Virus record (IMG/VR): IMGVR_UViG_3300027759_000132
Coordinates: 1 to 47,906 of that record
Strand: one strand, 5' to 3'
From: a virus
Lineage: Duplodnaviria > Caudoviricetes
Length of the DNA stretch: 47,906 nucleotides
Shown here in pieces: positions 1 through 7,358 of this stretch; the first letter of the stretch is position 1; every line of letters begins with the position of its first letter. A model generated the notes under the pieces. That model did not search any database. It saw nothing but the letters and a program-made list of their open reading frames with translations, and was not told where the DNA came from. A program made the translations under genes and the position numbers.

Positions 1-1
1 A

Positions 2-52
2 GAATTGAATCGTATCGCTCCAGAACTGGCTAAGGAACAAGCTAAGAAATGA
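2..52 (+). CDS. 3' end of an upstream gene (partial, ...ELNRIAPELAKEQAKK*)
   Basis: Frame 2 is open from the window edge to TGA at 50-52, which overlaps the next ATG (ATGA coupling). Confidence 0.55.
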   Translation, partial: ELNRIAPELAKEQAKK

Positions 53-291
53 TTCCACAAGATGAAGAAACTCACACGCAACTCATGCGGGCGTTTAACG
101 AGTACTTCAAAGCAAATCAACGTTGGATCAACAAAGGCACACGCCGTGCTGGGGAACAAACACGATACTGGCTTGCCCAGATTCGTATTATTTCACGTGA
201 ACGGCGAAAATTAATACAAGATTGGCGTCACAGTGTGGACGCTCACAAGGCTCAGAAGAAGCAGGTTCCAGGAGACGCAGACACTAACTAG
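49..291 (+). CDS. Small basic helical protein, possibly DNA-binding (histone-like/Hc1-like phage family)
   Basis: 80 aa, Arg/Lys-rich. The pattern 'F.EY..AN..W..KG..RAG...R..L..I....ERR..IQ' resembles small phage nucleoid-type proteins. Confidence 0.5.
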   Translation: MIPQDEETHTQLMRAFNEYFKANQRWINKGTRRAGEQTRYWLAQIRIISRERRKLIQDWRHSVDAHKAQKKQVPGDADTN

Positions 292-294
292 TGT

Positions 295-723
295 ATGTCT
301 TGGACTTATGAAAATACAATTATAGAAACCTTACCCGAAGAATGTGTAGGTTTCGTATATCTCATAACCAATACAATCTCTGGACGTATGTATATAGGCA
401 AAAAATTAGCCAAGTTCGCAAAAACATCCTACAAGATGGTCAAACTCAAGAACGGAACTAAGAAACGAAAGAAAATACGGTCAAAAATTGATTCGGATTG
501 GCGAGATTATTATGGCTCGAATCTAGAATTAAACGTGGACGTATTAAAATTAGGCAAAGAAAACTTCACTCGAGAAATACTATACTACTGCACATCCAAG
601 GCGCAATGCTCTTACTTCGAGGCCAGAGAACAATTTTCCCGCAAAGTTCTAGAATCAAAAGACTATTATAACGGACAGATATCTGTCCGTGTACATGGTT
701 CACATATACTCAAAGCTCAATAA
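295..723 (+). CDS. Short GIY-YIG endonuclease-family protein (Seg-like catalytic domain only)
   Basis: GFVYLITN...MYIGKK motif, YYGS, a conserved Glu (YFEAREQ) and terminal YYN. No C-terminal NUMOD/HTH DNA-binding extension is visible. Confidence 0.85.
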   Translation: MSWTYENTIIETLPEECVGFVYLITNTISGRMYIGKKLAKFAKTSYKMVKLKNGTKKRKKIRSKIDSDWRDYYGSNLELNVDVLKLGKENFTREILYYCTSKAQCSYFEAREQFSRKVLESKDYYNGQISVRVHGSHILKAQ

Positions 724-749
724 TTCAGGCCTTTTAACTGCCAAATAAG

Positions 750-1192
750 CCCGCACAGGCGACTAAATTGTGCCCTTAAAGCTGGATCACGGATCGCAGT
801 CAATGGAATTCCTTACCTTGGCGGAAGGGTTTAAAATCACTATCGTAACAGACGAGGATTGGATATGCCTATAACCAGTTTGATTTTAAAGAGAAAATAT
901 TTAAAAGGCTAAAAGAGGGAGAAATACCCGCGGCTATTGGCATGTTAACGTATGCTTATAGACCTGCCGTTGTAATTAAGACTCAGCTCGTGGTACCGGA
1001 CAACCGCCACTGTAATGCTGTAACGTTAAGTGAACTGCTCAACTCAGATAATGTTCATTTTTAGCCCGCCAGGGCTAAGTGTGACTACACAATCTAGATA
1101 ATATTTACAGTGCTTCGCACTTGACTATAAACACAATAAGACATTAGAAAAAGCTCGAGCGAAAGCGAAGAGCAGATGTACGCAGTACATCT
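750..1192 (+). ncRNA. Candidate large structured non-coding element (RNA and/or ssDNA hairpin cluster)
   Basis: No ORF of 60 aa or more in ~490 nt. About a dozen consecutive or nested stems, e.g. 830-839/881-890 (10 bp perfect), 1061-1067/1072-1078, 1174-1181/1185-1192. Confidence 0.6.
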
Positions 1193-1200
1193 TTCAATAC

Positions 1201-1208
1201 TATAAATA
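1201..1208 (+). promoter_or_regulatory. T4-type late promoter TATAAATA
   Basis: Exact gp55 consensus 7 nt upstream of ATG 1216. Confidence 0.8.
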
Positions 1209-1215
1209 ACATATC

Positions 1216-2040
1216 ATGAAGATTTTAGACATTATAACTGAAGCAAGCACTCCAACAGAATTGCCTGGTGAGTTGCAGACTCTCGTATCTAACTGGATCA
1301 CTAAAAATCCAGACAAGATGAAAGGCGCAGACGCCAAGGTAATGACTCGTTACAATCCTAACATGATAACGCTGTTCAAGAAAGTTATGATTTTTGCTCC
1401 TCTTGTGCAGTTAAACTTAAACCTGTATGCGCTGGAGCAAATAGCCGCAGAACCTTTAGCAAAATTCCAAACCAGCAGTCCTGCATTTGCGGCATACACT
1501 CAAGAACAAAAAGACGCTTATATTACACAATCTAGAGAATTATACTACGGTGTATTTGCCGCTCAGACTGTGATACCTATGCTTGGCCGGTGGATAAGAG
1601 GAGGTGTTCCTGTAGTTAAAGAAATGTTTGATCTACTAGAATCTTCATTTGGCAAGTTGGGCGGCAAGTTGGGTTCTATAGTTAAAATATTTGTTGCTGT
1701 TGGCATTGAAGGATTTATATTATTCTTAGCTACACCGGCTGGTATTGCGTGGATGTCGGACAGCATATTCATGCCAATTATTCGCATGTCAGGAACTGGA
1801 GTAGCATGGACCTGGGACAAGGTATGGCCCATGATACAAAAATATACAGGCCTGCCGATAAGCGATGTCAATCCTGAAACTACTGCCGCAGTTAAACGTG
1901 ATATATCTCAGAATTCATTTGGTAATATAAAACTGATGGATCCTCAACAGTTTAAACAAAATCAAGATGCCATGTGGAAACGTGTAGACAGCAATCCTAG
2001 ATTTGCACCGCCTCCGCCTAACAAAAACTTAAACTATTAA
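1216..2040 (+). CDS. Hypothetical late protein, probably head-packaged, with hydrophobic segments
   Basis: Late promoter; N-terminus MKILDIITEA with an I-x-E protease-type site; hydrophobic stretch IVKIFVAVGIEGFILFLATPAGIAW. Confidence 0.6.
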   Translation: MKILDIITEASTPTELPGELQTLVSNWITKNPDKMKGADAKVMTRYNPNMITLFKKVMIFAPLVQLNLNLYALEQIAAEPLAKFQTSSPAFAAYTQEQKDAYITQSRELYYGVFAAQTVIPMLGRWIRGGVPVVKEMFDLLESSFGKLGGKLGSIVKIFVAVGIEGFILFLATPAGIAWMSDSIFMPIIRMSGTGVAWTWDKVWPMIQKYTGLPISDVNPETTAAVKRDISQNSFGNIKLMDPQQFKQNQDAMWKRVDSNPRFAPPPPNKNLNY

Positions 2041-2252
2041 ATTAACGCCATTCCGCTTTTCTTTGTAATTTCAATATTGTCTTGCACAATTGCGTTCATT
2101 AACTGGATATCTTCCAGACTTAAATCAAACATTAAATTATCTATGGTCACACCGCCACGCATGTACCAGCATAATCGATACAATTGCGATTTGTAATTTT
2201 TAATACCTTCTTCTAGCCTAGTTAGATAATTTTCAATCTCACTATCGCTCAT
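2037..2252 (-). CDS. gp51-like baseplate hub/tail assembly protein; probably the C-terminal part of a frameshift fusion
   Basis: Directly follows the gp26-like gene; LCWYMRGG motif; no well-spaced Shine-Dalgarno; in the -1 frame relative to the upstream slippery site. Confidence 0.6.
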   Translation of the reverse strand: MSDSEIENYLTRLEEGIKNYKSQLYRLCWYMRGGVTIDNLMFDLSLEDIQLMNAIVQDNIEITKKSGMALI

Positions 2253-2257
2253 TCCAA

Positions 2258-3085
2258 CTAGGCCTTGACGAAAAAACTTGTTTGGTCCATGGTAATTGCA
2301 ATTTGATTTTCTGCACTACACTCATTACATATAGCCGCAATCTTAGGAATTTCCCAAGCAACTCTATTTGCTTCAACTTTGGCTTTGACAGCATCAAAAA
2401 TATCTTTGTCACAGTTATCTAACCATTCAACAATAAATTCTCTTTGTTCAACTATTTGGTCGCCTGTATCAACACTGGCAATTTGTAAAAGTATAGCTTG
2501 ATGTTGAATTGCAGTTAGCTTGGTATACAGCTCATTTACTAAAATACCTTGCTGTTGTTCGTCAGTCATTTCTGTTATTTGTTTTAATTGACGTTGCAAT
2601 TGAAAATTCTGCATTTGAAATCCAGTCCATTGCTTGTAAGTCAGTGGATGAATTTTAATAGATAAATCTTTTAATACAATTTTATTGTCGTACTGGCAAG
2701 AATTATAATGCTCAACAACTGTGCCCAGTTCGATGTCATAATCATTAACAGAATTACAGGCTGTACACTGATGAGTTACTGACATGGCATTGCCTTGGGT
2801 GGCAATTCTAATGGCTGTTAATATTGGATCCATGTCTAACAAGCACAACTCCCAGCCGTCTTGTATTGTTGGGCAACAGCTTTCAATTACTTTAACAGTA
2901 GCTTCGCCTGTAAGTAGCGCATCTGGAGTTTTCATTAGTATTTCGTCCATGCCAGTCATGCCAAATACAGCAACGTTGTCAGGATCTCCATTCAGCGTTC
3001 CTGGAGCATTGTATACTCCTTTGCTGGGTAGTTTGATGTACACCTTAGGTTGTCTAAAATACTTTTTCAATGGGTTATTGGCCAT
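2258..3085 (-). CDS. T4 gp26-like baseplate hub assembly protein/chaperone
   Basis: NPLKKYFRQPKVYIKLPSKG, MT..DE...KTPDALL, AIRIAT.G, two CxxC pairs, ends ..SFF..; GGAGA RBS at 3091-3095 (minus strand). Confidence 0.75.
   Translation of the reverse strand: MANNPLKKYFRQPKVYIKLPSKGVYNAPGTLNGDPDNVAVFGMTGMDEILMKTPDALLTGEATVKVIESCCPTIQDGWELCLLDMDPILTAIRIATQGNAMSVTHQCTACNSVNDYDIELGTVVEHYNSCQYDNKIVLKDLSIKIHPLTYKQWTGFQMQNFQLQRQLKQITEMTDEQQQGILVNELYTKLTAIQHQAILLQIASVDTGDQIVEQREFIVEWLDNCDKDIFDAVKAKVEANRVAWEIPKIAAICNECSAENQIAITMDQTSFFVKA
2270..2276 (-). other. Predicted -1 ribosomal frameshift heptamer T TTT TTC
   Basis: Zero frame AGT TTT TTC GTC AAG GCC TAG; -1 frame TTT TTT CGT CAA GGC CTA GTT GGA ATG runs without a stop into the 2252 ORF. 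Confidence 0.65.
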
Positions 3086-3096
3086 TATTATCTCCA

Positions 3097-3104
3097 GATA
3101 AATA
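3097..3104 (+). promoter_or_regulatory. Late promoter variant GATAAATA for the tape-measure/portal operon
   Basis: 7/8 match to TATAAATA in the short divergent intergenic region. Confidence 0.6.
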
Positions 3105-3114
3105 TCATATGTAG

Positions 3115-3122
3115 TATTTATA
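3115..3122 (-). promoter_or_regulatory. Late promoter TATAAATA for the gp26-like gene
   Basis: tatttata on + is the exact consensus on -, about 30 nt upstream of ATG 3085. Confidence 0.75.
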
Positions 3123-3147
3123 TACGCATTTTATACTGGAAAAATAT

Positions 3148-5253
3148 ATGGTCCAAGAAGTAACAAACGCTGAACTTAAAAAAGAATTAGAAGCCTTAAG
3201 ATCACAAATGAAAAGTAATTCAGCCGGGCGAATATTTGATAGCGGAGATGAAAGTGCTATAGGGAAACTAATTAAATCAATTACCGGTGTTGCTATAGAA
3301 GGTGTTAGTGCAGTTGCAGATTTAGCAGAAAAATCCATGAGTAATACTGCTGATGCCGGTGATGCCATTAAAACTGTTACTACTATTATCAAACAACTTG
3401 GTGAACCTGGCAGACTAGCAGGCGGCGCACTTGACATGCTAGGTAATATTCTTGGTCAAACGCTGGGCAACTGGCAAAAATTCAGTACCGAAGGTTTAAA
3501 CTTTGCAGGTAATGCAGTAGCGTTCCGTGCGTCAGTGATGCGCACTGGCATGAGTTTTGACGAATTTGGTGAAAGTATAGACAAAATTAAACCTGCGCTA
3601 TTTCAACTAGGTATTGGTATTGCAGGAGGCCTAGAAGCGTTTGGAGAAATTTCCAAACGTATGAATCATCCAGAGATGCAGGTAGCATTAAACACCATGG
3701 GTATATTGCCCAAGGAAGCTAATGAAATTTTAGCTATGACTGTGCGTCTTGGCAGATCAAATATGGCTCAGCTGGATGAAGCTGGCAAACAAAAGTTATT
3801 AGAAAGCACATTAGGGCTAGCCAGAGAAATGGATACAATGGCTAAACTAACTGGTATTAGCCGTAGAGAACAACAAAAGAATATTGAAACTATAGAAAAC
3901 GATGCACGAGTACGTGCTAGAATGTCACAGTTAATGAGTGATCCAGAAAGAAGCAAGGGCCTTGGTGATATTATATCAGCTGGTGGTGTTTTACCTCCTG
4001 AAGCACGAAAAGCACTGTCAGAAACTATTGCTGGTGCTGGTATTATGACTAGTGAAAAACTATCTGATTTAAATCTCACATACGGTAGCAAAGTGGCACA
4101 GATGTATATTAAGATTGGTCAATTGTCTGATGGCACAGCAAAAGATCAAGAAGAAGCCGCAAAATTGACTAAAGAATTAATTCCAGCCATGGTGGAAGGT
4201 CGTAGACAAATGGCGCAATTTGTTCGCCTTGGTGCAAATACTTCAGCAATGGGTATGGAAGCATATGATAAAGATGGCGCGGCCAGTAACTTTGAAAACA
4301 CTGTCAGAAATGAATTTGAAAAATTAAAGAAAAATAATCCTAACATCACATTAAAAGAAGCAGAAGATGAAGCATTCCGTCGAGCAAAAGCACAGTCAGA
4401 AGGCAAGTTGATCGAAGACATGACAATTATGGTTAAAAATGCTAAGGGCGAACTGGAAAAAACAGTATTAAGAGCAAGAGATAATGAGGGAAATTATGTA
4501 CGAACTGATCCTACAAAAATTGCTACACAGATGGCCACAACTGTAAAAGCCGTAGCTACCGGAGTCGGAGTAACTATCAATGAAGGCATAGCTAAATTTA
4601 ACGACACCATTATTGAATTTGAAGAAAAAGGCGGCAAACTTGTACCAACAGAAGCTAGTCTAGCAATGATGAAAGCGGCCAATGGCGCGGCTGAAAAGGA
4701 AGACGAGAAGGGTAACAAACTAGCAGTTAATATTGGTACAGTGTTTGGAGAAAAAATGACAACCTGGATAGGTGCAAATACTACAGCTATGACAGAGTTA
4801 CCAACTAAGATGGCGGATGCGTTTGCGGCCATATATAATGGTTTAGCACCGTTAAAACCAAGAGCACTTGGTAGCAAAGGATCTACTGGTGATTGGTTTG
4901 AAAATGGGCCTCAAGGTATTCTAATGGGCGAAGGTGGCGAAAGCGAATCAGTAGTACCTTATAGTCAGCGCGGTGCATTTATTAGAGATAACTTAGACAG
5001 TATAGGATTAGGCGGCGCAGGTATGAGCTCTATACTGAGAAATATACCAGCAATGGTCAGCAGTGGTACACAAAATGTGGAACAAGCAGTAGCGCAAATG
5101 GCTGGAGCAATGCCCGACTCTAATTTATTAGCTGAGAAACTAGATAAGATAAGTAGTATTATGGCATCTGTAGAAAGAAGTATGCGAAATGCAGAAGGCT
5201 ATGCTAACGAAACAGCTAAGAACACTAGAGAAATTGGCGGCATTGTCGCTTAA
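3148..5253 (+). CDS. Tape-measure / tail length determinant-like protein (gp29 analogue)
   Basis: 701 aa, helical, Ala/Gly/Leu/Lys-rich; 'LAREMDTMAKLTGISRREQQ'; C-terminal 'GE.G.ESVVP' typical of tape-measure C-termini; adjacent to the gp26/gp51-like cassette. Confidence 0.65.
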   Translation: MVQEVTNAELKKELEALRSQMKSNSAGRIFDSGDESAIGKLIKSITGVAIEGVSAVADLAEKSMSNTADAGDAIKTVTTIIKQLGEPGRLAGGALDMLGNILGQTLGNWQKFSTEGLNFAGNAVAFRASVMRTGMSFDEFGESIDKIKPALFQLGIGIAGGLEAFGEISKRMNHPEMQVALNTMGILPKEANEILAMTVRLGRSNMAQLDEAGKQKLLESTLGLAREMDTMAKLTGISRREQQKNIETIENDARVRARMSQLMSDPERSKGLGDIISAGGVLPPEARKALSETIAGAGIMTSEKLSDLNLTYGSKVAQMYIKIGQLSDGTAKDQEEAAKLTKELIPAMVEGRRQMAQFVRLGANTSAMGMEAYDKDGAASNFENTVRNEFEKLKKNNPNITLKEAEDEAFRRAKAQSEGKLIEDMTIMVKNAKGELEKTVLRARDNEGNYVRTDPTKIATQMATTVKAVATGVGVTINEGIAKFNDTIIEFEEKGGKLVPTEASLAMMKAANGAAEKEDEKGNKLAVNIGTVFGEKMTTWIGANTTAMTELPTKMADAFAAIYNGLAPLKPRALGSKGSTGDWFENGPQGILMGEGGESESVVPYSQRGAFIRDNLDSIGLGGAGMSSILRNIPAMVSSGTQNVEQAVAQMAGAMPDSNLLAEKLDKISSIMASVERSMRNAEGYANETAKNTREIGGIVA

Positions 5254-5267
5254 GGACCACATATAAT

Positions 5268-7004
5268 ATGAGTTGGAAGAAATTTTTTACACCAGTACCT
5301 GTTGGTTCAAGCGGCCGTAGTCCAATTGGCAACAACATGTCCGGCCCTGGTATGGGTCCTGCTAAAACAAACTACTCAAGTTACTTGCCAGATGTATACA
5401 GTGGCAGTCCAAATCGTATAGATCGTTATAATCAATACGAAACAATGGATGCAGATCCTGAAGTTAATGCGGCACTTGATATTTTAGCAGAGTTTTGTAC
5501 ACAAAAAAACAAAGATGGTAACAATGCGGCCTTTAGTATTCAATGGCGTAGCAAAGCTACCAACGCTGAAACAAAGATTCTTAACGAATATTTGAATCAG
5601 TGGGTTAAACTACAACAATTTGATGTACGTATTTTCCGCATCTTACGCAATACATTTAAGTTTGGCGATAGTTTCTTTATTCGTGATCCTGAAACACAAA
5701 AGTGGTTTTATGTTGATCCAAGCAAAGTAGTTAAAATTATTGCCAACGAAAGCGAAGGTAAAAAGCCAGAGCAGTATGTTATTCGCGATATTAATCCTAA
5801 TTTTCAAAATTTAGTTGCTACTGCTATTGCACCCAACGTAAAAGATGTAAATCGCGGTGGTACTAATACAGGAACAGCCAGCGGCGGTATGGCCGCACGT
5901 GGTATGACTGGCGCTTATCCAAATACAGGCGGCTCACGATTTGACAAACAAGAGAATGAAGTAGCAGTTAACGCTGAACACGTTATACATTTGTCATTAA
6001 GTGAAGGTTTAGATAACAATTACCCGTTTGGTAACAGCTTATTAGAAAACATCTTTAAAGTTTACAAGCAAAAAGAACTGTTAGAAGATGCTATTCTTAT
6101 CTATCGTATACAACGTGCTCCAGAAAGACGCATCTTTCACATAGATGTAGGTAACATGCCCAGTCACTTGGCCATGGCGTTTGTGGAAAGAGTCAAAGAC
6201 CAGATCCATCAACGTAGAATTCCTAGCCAAAATGGTGGCGGTCAGAACGTTATCGATTCAGCATACAACCCATTAAGCATCAATGAAGACTATTTCTTTC
6301 CTAAATCAGCAGACGGACGTGGTAGTGATGTTACAACATTGCCTGGCGGAACTAACTTAGGCGAGATTGACGACTTAAAATACTTTACCAACAAGCTATT
6401 CCGCGGCTTGCGTATACCAAGTAGCTATTTGCCTACTGGTGCCGACGATAGTAACAGCAGTTACAACGATGGTCGTGTAGGCACAGCATACATTCAAGAG
6501 CTACGCTTTAACAAGTATTGTGAACGCTTACAAGCGTTGATATCTAGTTCGTTTGATATTGAATTTAAACGTTACATGCACACACGTGGCGTTAATATTG
6601 ATGCCACATTGTTTGATTTAAAGTTTAACGAACCTTTAAACTTTGCAAGTAGTCGTCAAGCGGCCCTGGATACAGAGCGTATCAACACATTTAATACTAT
6701 TCAACAAGTGCCTTACATGAGTCATCGCTTTGCATTAAAGCGTTTCTTAGGTCTAACCGAAGACGAGATTGCAGAAAACGAACGTCTATGGGCAGAAGAA
6801 CAAGGCGAAGGCAGTCCAAATGCCACTGACAGTGCTGGCGAATTACGTAGTGCAGGCTTGTCTGCCGGCGGCATTGCTGGAGATGTTGAAGGTGCAGGCG
6901 ATTTAAGTGCTCCAGAAGGAATGGAAAATCCGTTAGCACCTCCTCCGGGTATGGAAGCAACAGGCGCTATGCCTGGGGCACCAGGAACACCGCCACCGGC
7001 ATAA
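5268..7004 (+). CDS. gp20: Portal vertex protein (T4 gp20 family)
   Basis: LLEDAILIYRIQRAPERRIFHIDVGNMP, EDYFFP, TLPGGTNLGEIDD.KYF..KL.R.L.IP.S motifs. Confidence 0.96.
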   Translation: MSWKKFFTPVPVGSSGRSPIGNNMSGPGMGPAKTNYSSYLPDVYSGSPNRIDRYNQYETMDADPEVNAALDILAEFCTQKNKDGNNAAFSIQWRSKATNAETKILNEYLNQWVKLQQFDVRIFRILRNTFKFGDSFFIRDPETQKWFYVDPSKVVKIIANESEGKKPEQYVIRDINPNFQNLVATAIAPNVKDVNRGGTNTGTASGGMAARGMTGAYPNTGGSRFDKQENEVAVNAEHVIHLSLSEGLDNNYPFGNSLLENIFKVYKQKELLEDAILIYRIQRAPERRIFHIDVGNMPSHLAMAFVERVKDQIHQRRIPSQNGGGQNVIDSAYNPLSINEDYFFPKSADGRGSDVTTLPGGTNLGEIDDLKYFTNKLFRGLRIPSSYLPTGADDSNSSYNDGRVGTAYIQELRFNKYCERLQALISSSFDIEFKRYMHTRGVNIDATLFDLKFNEPLNFASSRQAALDTERINTFNTIQQVPYMSHRFALKRFLGLTEDEIAENERLWAEEQGEGSPNATDSAGELRSAGLSAGGIAGDVEGAGDLSAPEGMENPLAPPPGMEATGAMPGAPGTPPPA

Positions 7005-7007
7005 ATA
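7000..7007 (+). promoter_or_regulatory. Late promoter variant CATAAATA overlapping the portal stop codon
   Basis: TAAATA core 4 nt before ATG 7012; no SD sequence visible. Confidence 0.55.
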
Positions 7008-7011
7008 CAAG

Positions 7012-7254
7012 ATGATTCTTAGAGAACTATTTTACATTGACCCTTCATCACGTAATGTCAACAACGACATGCGTTATAATCCTATGAACGATCAATCTGT
7101 TATGCGAAAGTCTGACACACGCAAGACTAGATTATCTCTATCACAAATTAACGAACTTCGCAAAGGTAGCGAAGCACATATACTAGAACAAGAAAACGAA
7201 TTAACATTTGTTAACAAAATGTATGCTAAACCACCGGCACCAGCACCAGCATAA
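7012..7254 (+). CDS. Small head-module protein (possible prohead core component)
   Basis: 80 aa between portal and protease; DTRKTRL.L.QIN.LR motif; position of T4 gp67/gp68. Confidence 0.6.
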   Translation: MILRELFYIDPSSRNVNNDMRYNPMNDQSVMRKSDTRKTRLSLSQINELRKGSEAHILEQENELTFVNKMYAKPPAPAPA

Positions 7255-7288
7255 GTAGTTTAGTATAAAACGGCTTAATTTTGCACTA

Positions 7289-7321
7289 TATCAGCATGTA
7301 TTTTGCTGATACGTGTAAATA
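7289..7321 (+). promoter_or_regulatory. 8-bp inverted repeat followed by late promoter variant TGTAAATA
   Basis: tatcagca 7289-7296 / tgctgata 7304-7311; TGTAAATA 7314-7321; AGGAG RBS before ATG 7359. Confidence 0.5.
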
Positions 7322-7358
7322 TCATACAGCCTTGTAATCATATTCACAGGAGACAAAC

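Noticed and set aside
289-297. In-frame TAG TGT ATG junction suggesting amber readthrough or a recoded genetic code
   Set aside because: Very long ORFs are intact under the standard code, TAG also ends the gp26-like gene, and an in-frame neighbour occurs by chance one time in three.
724-1215. Group I intron, tRNA or CRISPR array as the explanation for the structured region
   Set aside because: I could not find P7-type R/S elements, interrupted exons, a cloverleaf with TTCRA, or repeat-spacer periodicity. A covariance-model search is still needed to exclude divergent forms.
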